Source: Microbacterium phage Ixel. Taken from it: a stretch of 32,000 nucleotides of DNA. The notes beneath the pieces are model-generated. The model was not told the DNA's origin, did no database searches, and saw only the letters and a program-made list of their open reading frames with translations. How positions within the stretch are numbered: position 1 is the stretch's first letter; each line of letters opens with the position of its first letter. Below are positions 9,680 to 17,125 of this stretch, piece by piece. The stretch is taken from sequence record MT451983.1, one strand, 5' to 3'. The position numbers were made by a program, and so were the translations under genes.

Positions 9680-10026
9680 TGTGGAGTGAGCCGTGGGTTC
9701 CTGGATTCGTGACCGGCATGCTCGCCCTGATCGCAGCTATCGCTTCTGGTGTGATCACCGGGCTGATGGCAGCTCGTCGTGAACGACGTGCTCACGAGCG
9801 GGCCAGCGCTAGCCCCGGAGCGCCCACAGTCCAGCAGGTCTGGGAGCGTCAGGACAAGATCGAGAGGGCCTTCGGAGCCTCCTTGGTCCTCCTCGGGCAA
9901 GCCGTAGAACAGCACTCCGACCCCGGCAAGCTGGTGTTCAGTAAGGCCGCAATCAAGACCCTCCGGGAGAGCGGGTACATGCCCCCGGAACTCGAAGACG
10001 TTCTGCAGGAGAACGAATCCAACTAG
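9679..10026 (+). CDS. Membrane protein with single N-terminal TM and soluble C-terminal part
   Basis: 115 aa, WVPGFVTGMLALIAAIASGVITGLMAARR, ATG overlaps upstream TGA. Confidence 0.65.
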   Translation: MWSEPWVPGFVTGMLALIAAIASGVITGLMAARRERRAHERASASPGAPTVQQVWERQDKIERAFGASLVLLGQAVEQHSDPGKLVFSKAAIKTLRESGYMPPELEDVLQENESN

Positions 10027-10041
10027 CAAGGAGAAGAACAG

Positions 10042-10368
10042 ATGGACATCTCATTCACCCTCGACCCGGCCCTGGTCATCGGCCTGCTGGTCAGCACGGT
10101 ACTCCCGCTGCTGGTCGGCCTGGTCACGACTCGTGTCACCCACGGCGGGGTCAAGGCCGTGCTGCTGGCAGCTCTGGCCCTCGTCACCTCGCTCCTGACC
10201 GAGCTTGGTGTGGCCGTGACCAACGGAGAGACCTACGACCTCGGTCAGGGTCTGCTCCTCGCCATCCCGACGTTCCTGATCGCGGTCGGCATGCACTACG
10301 GTCTGTGGAAGCCGGTGGGAGCCTCGGCGGCTGCGCAGAACACGCTCATCACCCCCAAGGGCCAGTAA
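10042..10368 (+). CDS. Holin-like protein
   Basis: 108 aa with 2-3 TM segments (PALVIGLLVSTVLPLLVGLVT, VKAVLLAALALVTSLL, GLLLAIPTFLIAVGMHYG). Confidence 0.65.
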   Translation: MDISFTLDPALVIGLLVSTVLPLLVGLVTTRVTHGGVKAVLLAALALVTSLLTELGVAVTNGETYDLGQGLLLAIPTFLIAVGMHYGLWKPVGASAAAQNTLITPKGQ

Positions 10369-10380
10369 CAGCCCTCAGCG

Positions 10381-10415
10381 GAGGCCCCTTGCTCGGTTAC
10401 CGGGTGAGGGGCCTC
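10381..10415 (+). terminator. Hairpin terminator ending the rightward late operon
   Basis: GAGGCCCC (10381-10388) pairs with GGGGCCTC (10408-10415), 12 nt after the last late gene stop, followed by TCTTATGT. Confidence 0.65.
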
Positions 10416-10490
10416 TCTTATGTCCTAGCGCTGGTCGCTCCACCCGACCCAGGAGTCGCCAGCAGGCCCGAGCCTACCTCACCCACACGC

Positions 10491-10522
10491 CAGAGGCCCC
10501 CAGCGACTGCCAGGGGCCTCTG
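10491..10522 (-). terminator. Hairpin terminator for the leftward operon (may be bidirectional)
   Basis: Perfect 10-bp stem CAGAGGCCCC/GGGGCCTCTG with 12-nt loop, just 3' of the last leftward gene. Confidence 0.6.
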
Positions 10523-10535
10523 CTCGTGCTCGGGG

Positions 10536-10724
10536 CTACTGCTTGACCGGGAAGTGCTCGTCCAGGGCGACCACATGAACCCCGAGGTCGGTCTCGAGAC
10601 GGCCTCGCTCGTGGTCAACTCGGCGGATCCGCATGACCGTGGCCTCGTTGCCCTCGGGGTCGATGATGACGTCCATGTGCTGGAGGTTTTCGGCCTTGAC
10701 CTGACGGAAGGTTGCGCGAGCCAT
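10536..10724 (-). CDS. Hypothetical protein
   Basis: 62 aa, overlaps no other good coding frame. Confidence 0.6.
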   Translation of the reverse strand: MARATFRQVKAENLQHMDVIIDPEGNEATVMRIRRVDHERGRLETDLGVHVVALDEHFPVKQ

Positions 10725-10726
10725 GA

Positions 10727-10951
10727 TCAGGCCTCCAGCGTCAGGCCGGGAAAGACCATGTCGTAGAAGACCAGCTCGGCCCCGTCCTCCGGGTCGGCCA
10801 CACGAACCTTGCCGCTGCGACCCGGCTCGGGCAGGCGCTCGATGCCGAGGAAGATGTACTCCACTCCCCGGAACGAGACGACGGTGTCGCCGTGACTGAT
10901 GGTGCGGGTCTTCAGCGGCCCGGTGGGGAGGGTGAGTGTTGCATGTGCCAT
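10727..10951 (-). CDS. Hypothetical protein (MAHATLTLPTGPLKTR...)
   Basis: 74 aa from the internal ATG of the 11017 ORF; RBS AAGGAGCACATC-ATG. Confidence 0.65.
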   Translation of the reverse strand: MAHATLTLPTGPLKTRTISHGDTVVSFRGVEYIFLGIERLPEPGRSGKVRVADPEDGAELVFYDMVFPGLTLEA

Positions 10952-10961
10952 GATGTGCTCC

Positions 10962-11114
10962 TTAGATGTTGTGAGAGGTCTGGATCTCGACCCGGTAGTA
11001 CTCACCGTTGACGTCATCGTAATCCTCCACGAAACGCTCAGCGCGTTTGCGGCTACCGGTGTAACCGATGACGTAGACTTCGCCCTTGACTGTGTAACCT
11101 AGAATGATGTGCAT
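10962..11114 (-). CDS. Small hypothetical protein MHIILGYTVKGEVYVIGYTGSRKRAERFVEDYDDVNGEYYRVEIQTSHNI
   Basis: 50 aa, below track cutoff, fills the gap between neighbouring genes. Confidence 0.55.
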   Translation of the reverse strand: MHIILGYTVKGEVYVIGYTGSRKRAERFVEDYDDVNGEYYRVEIQTSHNI

Positions 11115-11135
11115 GTGAACAACCTTGCCTGACGA

Positions 11136-11291
11136 TCAGCGCGAGCGCAAGTTTTCGTTGACGAGTGAGGCCATGATCTCAGCAAGCTGGTTCATGATGT
11201 TCTGCCGGTACTTCAGGGGAGTGCCCCGGAGGCGCTGAGCGCGCTGCTCCGGGGTCATCTCGGCAAGCTGGGCCAGGGTGGGGTACTGCAT
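11136..11291 (-). CDS. Small hypothetical protein MQYPTLAQLAEMTPEQRAQRLRGTPLKYRQNIMNQLAEIMASLVNENLRSR
   Basis: 51 aa, start overlaps upstream TGA (TGATG coupling). Confidence 0.6.
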   Translation of the reverse strand: MQYPTLAQLAEMTPEQRAQRLRGTPLKYRQNIMNQLAEIMASLVNENLRSR

Positions 11292-12214
11292 CAGAGCCAG
11301 GCCCCCTTGGCGGGACGCGAGCCGAAGGCGAAGCTCACGTCGTCCTTGCTCGGTTCCAGTGTGGCCGTGAAGGTGATGCGACGGCCCTTGATGCCCTGCT
11401 CGTCGGTGCCGTCAGCCCCGAGGAGCCAGCAGGCCGGTCCCCAGGTGTACGCCTCGGGGTGAGTCTCGTTGTACTCCTCGATAGCCTGCTCGACCTGAGC
11501 CTTGGGGAGGGAGCACCACACCTTGAAGCCCTGGTCATCCTTGACGAGAACCTTGTAGCTGGTGCCGTAGTCCCCCTCGACGACCTTGGCAGAAGCGATC
11601 TCGCCGGTCACGACCACGCGGCCCGAGGGAGCCGGGTGAGCCTCAGCCTCAGCGGCCTGAGCTGCGCGACGCTCCATCGTGCGGCGGACGGCTGCGATCA
11701 TGTTAGGAGTGAAGTCCTTGCTCGGGGCCACCCAGCGGAGGGTCTCGGCCATCGTGCGGATGAAGCCGTCCTTCTCCAGCTTGACGTTGCTCTGAGCTGC
11801 GGCCCATTCGTCGTAGCTCGGGTAGAGGTGCTGGTCGTCACCCTCGATGACGATTCCCATCAGGAACTCGTACACCTCCGGGTCAGCGGCCTTGAGAGCC
11901 TGGCGACGAGCCTCAGCCGCGTCAACCTTCTTCTGGTGCTCTGCCTGACGCTTACGGTCGGCCTGAGCCTTACGGACGGCCCGCTCGTGGCACCACTTCT
12001 CGGCCTGCTGGCGGGTCTCGAAGATGTCCCCCAGGCGGGCCTCCCACACGTTGCCGCACAGGTAGCAGATGCTGTCCATGCCGTTGAACGAGTAGTGGCC
12101 GGTGCCACCGCAACGGCGGCAGCCCTTGGCGATGATGCCGTCGGTGGTCTCGACGTAGTAGAAACCCTCGTGCTCGATGCTCTTGATTGCGCTCATGAGT
12201 TGATTGTTGCACAC
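11291..12214 (-). CDS. Zinc-ribbon-containing hypothetical protein
   Basis: 307 aa (internal ATG start at 12196 also possible); CRRCGGTGHYSFNGMDSICYLCG four-Cys motif. Confidence 0.75.
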   Translation of the reverse strand: MCNNQLMSAIKSIEHEGFYYVETTDGIIAKGCRRCGGTGHYSFNGMDSICYLCGNVWEARLGDIFETRQQAEKWCHERAVRKAQADRKRQAEHQKKVDAAEARRQALKAADPEVYEFLMGIVIEGDDQHLYPSYDEWAAAQSNVKLEKDGFIRTMAETLRWVAPSKDFTPNMIAAVRRTMERRAAQAAEAEAHPAPSGRVVVTGEIASAKVVEGDYGTSYKVLVKDDQGFKVWCSLPKAQVEQAIEEYNETHPEAYTWGPACWLLGADGTDEQGIKGRRITFTATLEPSKDDVSFAFGSRPAKGAWL

Positions 12215-12227
12215 CTTCGAGGTTATC

Positions 12228-13910
12228 TCAAACCTCTTCGATGGTGGGTTTCTTGACGATCTTGAGCTTCTGGTTGATGAAGTGCTGGTCGCTACCCCGC
12301 TTGCTCTGAACCCCGAGGCGAAGCATGTCCAGGTCCTCGGTGGGAGCTGCGAGGCTCATGATGAAGTCCGACCAGCCGTGCAAGGCCGTGGCTCCCAGGA
12401 TGGTCTCCTGGATGCTCTCACCCTTCTCGAAGACGCGCTTACGAGTGTGGTGGATGAGCATGATGGCGCACCCGGTCGACTGAGCGATGAGCTTGAGAGG
12501 CTTCAGCACCTCATACATCTCAGAGTTGTCGGTGACCTTGGTCTTGCCGATCGCCATGCTGAGAGTGTCGATGATGACGAGCCTGAGGTTGTTCTCCTGG
12601 ATCGTGAGCAGGAGGCGCTGCTGGTCCTCTCCGGTGCTGAGGTCGACCGGGGAGAAGTGCGTCAGCATGGCCAGCGGCTCTGCGGGGTGCCAGACCAGGC
12701 CGTGCTTCTCACGTGTGATGTGGCCGTCCCAGTGATACTTCTCACGAGGGCCGACCATGCCCGCTGCGAGGCGTTCAGCGAACAGGTATTCGCCATCCTC
12801 CAGGGAGAAGAACCCGACCGGCTGCGGCTTCTGAGTGCTGATGCCGAGGGGCTTGTTGCCCGAGGCCAGCCCGAGAGCGATCTCGATAGCGATACGGGTC
12901 TTGCCTACCTTCGGGGCTGCTACGATGAGACCACAGCCTCCCTCAGGGATGATGCCGGGGAGAATCCAGCTGACTGGCTTGTGCAGCACCGGCCCGAAGT
13001 CCTCGACCGACGCCATGCTCCAGGCTTCGAGCGGAGCGTTCTCATCCTCTGCGTCGAGCTGCTCAGCCGCCTGCTGTCGCTCAGGGTCGGGAGCAGGCTT
13101 CTCGTCAGGTTGTGCATCATAAGCCCGAGCGATGTCCTCCTTGAGACGCTCAGGGTCGTCTGACCACTTGTTCCACTTGGTAGCCTTGATGAGCTTGAAC
13201 GTGAGGTCCTGCGGGAGACCCAGCTCAGCCGCGTTGCGGGAGATCTTCCAGATGATCTTGCTGCGGTCCCCGTATGGCTCCTCGCTCCCGAGGTCCGAGG
13301 CCAGGCCTGCTGAGAACCCCAGACCCTTGGCCACACGTTGCAGGATCTGTCCCTTGCTGTAGGTCGTACCAGCGGAGCGGAGCACCCGGCCCTTGAACGG
13401 TGTGCGCTTGTGGTGCCAGGTACCGGGGACTCGGAGGAGCTGACTGATGTCGACGCCAGACTTGTCGGCCCCGAGCGCCTGCGTGAGCATGCCCATGAAG
13501 CCATCACGGTGGAACTCGCTAGCGGCGATCGGCTCATTGAGAAGCCAGACGGCCTGCTTGTGGCCAGGGCTTGTCTCCCACACGAACGACGGCCTCAGCG
13601 ACTGGAGCAGAGCGTCGTTGTAGCTCTCGTCGCAGTCGACCCAGACTACGCGCTGAGAGGGGTAGTTGGTGCCGGTAGAGCCCTTCTTGATCCGGCGGGT
13701 CTGGCCGTAGCTGACAGCTGGGGTCCAGTACCAGTCCTTGTTCTCGTCTAGCTCGGGGAGCTGCGAGATGCGGGAGCTAACGATCGCGCCTTCGCGGAAG
13801 TGCTCCTTGGTCTTGTGTCCGATGTTCTGAATGCTGGGGAGCCATACGTTGCCCTTGACGCCAGAATGACGCCACACCTTCAGCACGATGTCTAGAGGGT
13901 TGATATCCAC
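12228..13910 (-). CDS. RepA-like replicative helicase with N-terminal primase-like domain
   Basis: 560 aa; Walker A APKVGKTR, LRLVIIDTLS (Walker B), IMLIHHTRK; N-terminal RVVWVDCDES...VWETSPGHKQAVWLLNEP similar to RepB/AE-primase domains. Confidence 0.75.
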   Translation of the reverse strand: MDINPLDIVLKVWRHSGVKGNVWLPSIQNIGHKTKEHFREGAIVSSRISQLPELDENKDWYWTPAVSYGQTRRIKKGSTGTNYPSQRVVWVDCDESYNDALLQSLRPSFVWETSPGHKQAVWLLNEPIAASEFHRDGFMGMLTQALGADKSGVDISQLLRVPGTWHHKRTPFKGRVLRSAGTTYSKGQILQRVAKGLGFSAGLASDLGSEEPYGDRSKIIWKISRNAAELGLPQDLTFKLIKATKWNKWSDDPERLKEDIARAYDAQPDEKPAPDPERQQAAEQLDAEDENAPLEAWSMASVEDFGPVLHKPVSWILPGIIPEGGCGLIVAAPKVGKTRIAIEIALGLASGNKPLGISTQKPQPVGFFSLEDGEYLFAERLAAGMVGPREKYHWDGHITREKHGLVWHPAEPLAMLTHFSPVDLSTGEDQQRLLLTIQENNLRLVIIDTLSMAIGKTKVTDNSEMYEVLKPLKLIAQSTGCAIMLIHHTRKRVFEKGESIQETILGATALHGWSDFIMSLAAPTEDLDMLRLGVQSKRGSDQHFINQKLKIVKKPTIEEV

Positions 13911-14179
13911 TCGACTACTTCCTGGGCCTGAGGGTCATGGCTGACAAACGTTGCGCCGCCTGCCTGACGAAACTTCTTGAGGTTGTACTGCTGCGCTGCT
14001 GTGGGCTTCTCCCGAGCACTCCGCTTCATCTCGATAGCGAAGAAGTGACCCCGAGCGCAACCCATGATGTCGGGGGTGCCCTTCTGCTGAAAGGCACCCC
14101 CGTGGGTGCGGAGGCAGTACACGCCAGGGATGGCGTTCAGGCGTGCGATGGCCTTGCGTACTACCTCCGCCTCCTCCAT
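13892..14179 (-). CDS. VRR-NUC domain nuclease
   Basis: 95 aa; RTHGGAFQQKGTPDIMGCARGHFFAIEMKRS contains GxPD...E.K of the VRR-NUC fold. Confidence 0.85.
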   Translation of the reverse strand: MEEAEVVRKAIARLNAIPGVYCLRTHGGAFQQKGTPDIMGCARGHFFAIEMKRSAREKPTAAQQYNLKKFRQAGGATFVSHDPQAQEVVEWISTL

Positions 14180-15033
14180 CAGCGGCGCTTGATGGTGCGA
14201 CGCGCCGGGGCCGACTTGGCGGGAGCCTTGGCAGCAGGCTTCTTGGCTGCGGGACGCTTGCGAGGGGCCGGGGCCTCCTCTTCTTCCTCGTCCTCGTCGT
14301 CCTCGAACTCCTCCTCGTCCTCCAGCTCCTCGTCGTCGAGGTCTTCGTCGTCGAGGTCATCCTCGTCTTCGTCGTCCTCGTCGGCCTCCTCCTCGGCCTC
14401 CAGGATGGCCTCGATCAGTTCGGCCTTCTTGAGGCCAGCCGTGTCGATGCCGAGACCCTTGGCCTCCTTGCGAAGAGCAGGCAGCCCGAGACCCTCCAGC
14501 TCCTCGGCGCGCTCGTCGTCGCCCTCGTCCTCGGAGTCCTCGTCTTCGTACTCCTCGTCTTCGGCCTCCTCGTCGCCCTCGTACTCCTCGTCGTCCTCAT
14601 CGTCGGCGACACGGTCGTCCTCTTCGATGATGGAGCGGTCGTAGACACCGTCGATCTCGCTGCGGCCCACGTACTGAGGGTTGCGCGAGTCGACGACCTC
14701 GGCGGCGATGATCTTGCCGACCGGAGCGTCGACGATGATGTCGACTGCCTTGCCCTTGGCCTTCTTCGGGTCCATGACCCCGGCCGCGATGTGGAGGTCG
14801 CGGATCTTGAAGTACTGGTTGGGCTGCTGCTTGCAGTAGTACGGGAAGAGCCGCGTCTTGTAACGCGGGTCGGTCGGCCGGAGACCGTAGGTGTACATCT
14901 CCGTCCCGTCGTTGGCGTCGCGGTCGTCGACCAGCTCGATCTTGAACTCGTGCAGGCCCTCGGGCATGTGGTCGGTCTTCCACCCCGAGCGCTCCTCGAC
15001 CTTGCTGAAGTCGAGACGGATCTTCTTTGCCAT
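14179..15033 (-). CDS. Candidate ssDNA-binding protein with acidic linker and basic C-terminal tail
   Basis: 284 aa; KIRLDFSKVEE..., globular N-terminal ~150 aa then long Asp/Glu stretch and PAAKKPAAKAPAKSAPARR tail; position between nuclease and RecA-like gene. Confidence 0.55.
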   Translation of the reverse strand: MAKKIRLDFSKVEERSGWKTDHMPEGLHEFKIELVDDRDANDGTEMYTYGLRPTDPRYKTRLFPYYCKQQPNQYFKIRDLHIAAGVMDPKKAKGKAVDIIVDAPVGKIIAAEVVDSRNPQYVGRSEIDGVYDRSIIEEDDRVADDEDDEEYEGDEEAEDEEYEDEDSEDEGDDERAEELEGLGLPALRKEAKGLGIDTAGLKKAELIEAILEAEEEADEDDEDEDDLDDEDLDDEELEDEEEFEDDEDEEEEEAPAPRKRPAAKKPAAKAPAKSAPARRTIKRR

Positions 15034-15066
15034 GATGTGTATCCTTCTTTTCTTTGGGTATCTCGA

Positions 15067-15765
15067 CTAGCGGGTCCAGCCGAGAAGCTGATCAAGCTTG
15101 CCGATGGTCGGCATCTTGAGGTAAGGGGGGTTGCCCTTGTAGGTCTTGCTGCGAGCACCGGAGACGATGCTGCTGCTCGGCCCGAGCCACAGACGACGGA
15201 CAGCCTTGCCGTCCACGTGTGCGATGTACAGGCGACCGATGACGTCACTCATCTGCATGAGCGCGCTGGCAGCGCCGGGGCTGAGGTCCACGGTCATCAT
15301 TGCGCCGGTGTCCTCGTCCAGGTCCTCGGGGGTCCAGGACTCCTTGCCGTCCTCTCCGAGGCCCTGCCCTGGCACGATGAGCTTCTCCTGAGCCAGCACG
15401 ATGGTCTGCTTGCTCTTCTCCGAGCGGAGGGTACGGATCACGGCTGCGAGAGCGCTGTTCGCGGTGCCGTACTGGGCCTGAGTGCTCGGGCCTCCTCGGT
15501 TCATCGCGAACATCATGTCGGCGTGCAGAGATGTGGCCGTGTCGACAACGATGCGGTCGTGGCTGCGGAGGAACGCGCTCCCGGTGGACATGAGCTTGTT
15601 CAGGTTCTTGGTGCTCATGTCCTCTTCCACCGTGATGCCGGTGGTGTCGATGCCTGCGAGACCTTGGTCGGAGCTGAGCACGGCGGTCTTGCGCTTGGGA
15701 GCGTCCTTGAGGGCCAGCGTGGTCTTGCCGACCTTGGGCCTGCTGTAGATCGTGTAGACGGTCAC
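15067..15765 (-). CDS. RecA/Sak4-like P-loop ATPase
   Basis: 232 aa; Walker A RPKVGKTTLAL, Walker B DRIVVDTATS, phage AAA_24/Sak4-like. Confidence 0.7.
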   Translation of the reverse strand: MTVYTIYSRPKVGKTTLALKDAPKRKTAVLSSDQGLAGIDTTGITVEEDMSTKNLNKLMSTGSAFLRSHDRIVVDTATSLHADMMFAMNRGGPSTQAQYGTANSALAAVIRTLRSEKSKQTIVLAQEKLIVPGQGLGEDGKESWTPEDLDEDTGAMMTVDLSPGAASALMQMSDVIGRLYIAHVDGKAVRRLWLGPSSSIVSGARSKTYKGNPPYLKMPTIGKLDQLLGWTR

Positions 15766-16931
15766 TTCTTGGCCTTGCCTTTCTTCTGGTTCGGATAGTA
15801 GTCGAGCGGGTCACGAGTAGTGACGTACCGAGTACGCTGCTCGATCTCCGAGGTGCCGTGGATGAGGTCAGCCACGGTGAGGTCCTTGTAGTTGCACATG
15901 AACCCCGAGCAAGCATGCAGGTTGCGCTCGACACAGTCGGGGTCGTCCCACTTGTACTGGAGCAGGCGCTTGGCGCTTGCGTAGAACGACTTGCGCTGAC
16001 GCTCAGCCTGCTCGGGGGTGAAGACGAGTCGGTCCCGGCGGAACTCGGTGCTGTAGTCCTTGTGTGTCAGCTCAGCGATGAAGTCCTCGACGTATGCCCG
16101 CTCCTCGGGGTCTTCGATCGCCAGCAGGAACTCACCCTTGACGATGGTGGCAAGGTTGTTCTTGACCAGCCACTCCTTGAAGACTGGCAGGCTCGTGCCG
16201 CTGGGCTTCAGCACCCGGCTGATCTTGCCCTTCTGCGTGAGCGTGGGGGTCTTGATGGCGCTCGTGCGGCAGTAGTCGTAGATGAAGCCCTTGGGCTGCG
16301 GGAGCGGCTTCCCCTTGTAGCGGAGGGCCTTGTACTCGGGTGATGTGGCCACTGCCCACAGATACGAGTAGTGCTGGAAGGCCAGCTCCCGGTATCGCCA
16401 GTCCGGAAGCTGAGCGTGGGTCTTGTGGTCGCCGAGCCACACATCGCCGTGCTCGTCAATCCAGATGATGTCGATGCGACCTCGGTAGAGCACCTTGCCC
16501 TTGAACATCGGACGCTCGACGGTAAGCTCCACTGCGACCGGGGTGAGCACGTCCTTGCGATGAACCCAGTCGTAGCTGAGGACGATGTTGTAGCACTCCT
16601 CTGCGAGGCCAGCGGTCTCCTCCTCGAACGTGGTCAGCTCTGCCTTCTCGGTCAGCTCAGCATGGAGCTTCTTCCAGTCGCCTCCTCGCCCACGCTCCTC
16701 CAGAAGCGCGTGGATCCACGTGCCTCGGGTGAGGGGCTTGGACTCGATGCGAGGCCGCAGTCCGAGGACGATGCTGTAGTACGTCTCACGAGGGCACTCG
16801 ACGAACGTGCTGACCATGCTCTGCGTGATGACGAGCTTGCCGTCCTCAGTCGTGGGCCAGGTGCCTCGGGGTCCGTGCCAGGCCTTCGAGCCAGGCTTCT
16901 TGCCGGTGCTGCGGAGCCGCTGAGCGGGCAT
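15762..16931 (-). CDS. Cas4/RecB-like PD-(D/E)XK exonuclease
   Basis: Start inferred at MPAQRLRSTGKKP (the longer ORF reaches 17069); FVECPRETYY, YRGRIDIIWIDEHGDVWLGDHKTH, C-terminal C-x8-C-x4-C cluster. Confidence 0.75.
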   Translation of the reverse strand: MPAQRLRSTGKKPGSKAWHGPRGTWPTTEDGKLVITQSMVSTFVECPRETYYSIVLGLRPRIESKPLTRGTWIHALLEERGRGGDWKKLHAELTEKAELTTFEEETAGLAEECYNIVLSYDWVHRKDVLTPVAVELTVERPMFKGKVLYRGRIDIIWIDEHGDVWLGDHKTHAQLPDWRYRELAFQHYSYLWAVATSPEYKALRYKGKPLPQPKGFIYDYCRTSAIKTPTLTQKGKISRVLKPSGTSLPVFKEWLVKNNLATIVKGEFLLAIEDPEERAYVEDFIAELTHKDYSTEFRRDRLVFTPEQAERQRKSFYASAKRLLQYKWDDPDCVERNLHACSGFMCNYKDLTVADLIHGTSEIEQRTRYVTTRDPLDYYPNQKKGKAKK

Positions 16932-17125
16932 CAGCGTGCAACCATCATACGGAGGACCGCATTGGACACGACCTTGCGCTGCTGGCAGAGAGTCCACTTG
17001 CAGATCAGGATAACGCCTCCATGGATGCGCCGATCGATCTGGTAGGTGTGCTTCTCTCGGAAGCTGCATGCCGTGGGCCTCAGCAGTCGCTGAAGCTCCA
17101 GCGCTACGGGGCTAGAATTCTGCAA
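16931..17125 (-). CDS. Small hypothetical protein, probable TTG start (MQNSSPVALELQRLLRPTACSFREKHTYQIDRRIHGG...)
   Basis: 64 aa; GGGGAGG RBS-like sequence 8 nt before TTG; stop overlaps the next ATG (TGATG). Confidence 0.5.
   Translation of the reverse strand: MQNSSPVALELQRLLRPTACSFREKHTYQIDRRIHGGVILICKWTLCQQRKVVSNAVLRMMVAR

Noticed and set aside
12204-13163. 319-aa plus-strand ORF, with similar ones at 20299-21258, 21669-22592 and 23118-24086
   Set aside because: Shadow ORFs opposite motif-bearing genes, no RBS or recognisable domains.
14143-15798. 551-aa plus-strand ORF
   Set aside because: Antisense shadow of the SSB-like and RecA-like genes; LVLLVVLVL low-complexity part simply mirrors GAG/GAC codons.
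15762-16931. Cas4-like gene as evidence of a CRISPR-Cas system
   Set aside because: No direct repeats with spacers and no other cas genes in the window; Cas4-like nucleases are common in phage recombination modules.
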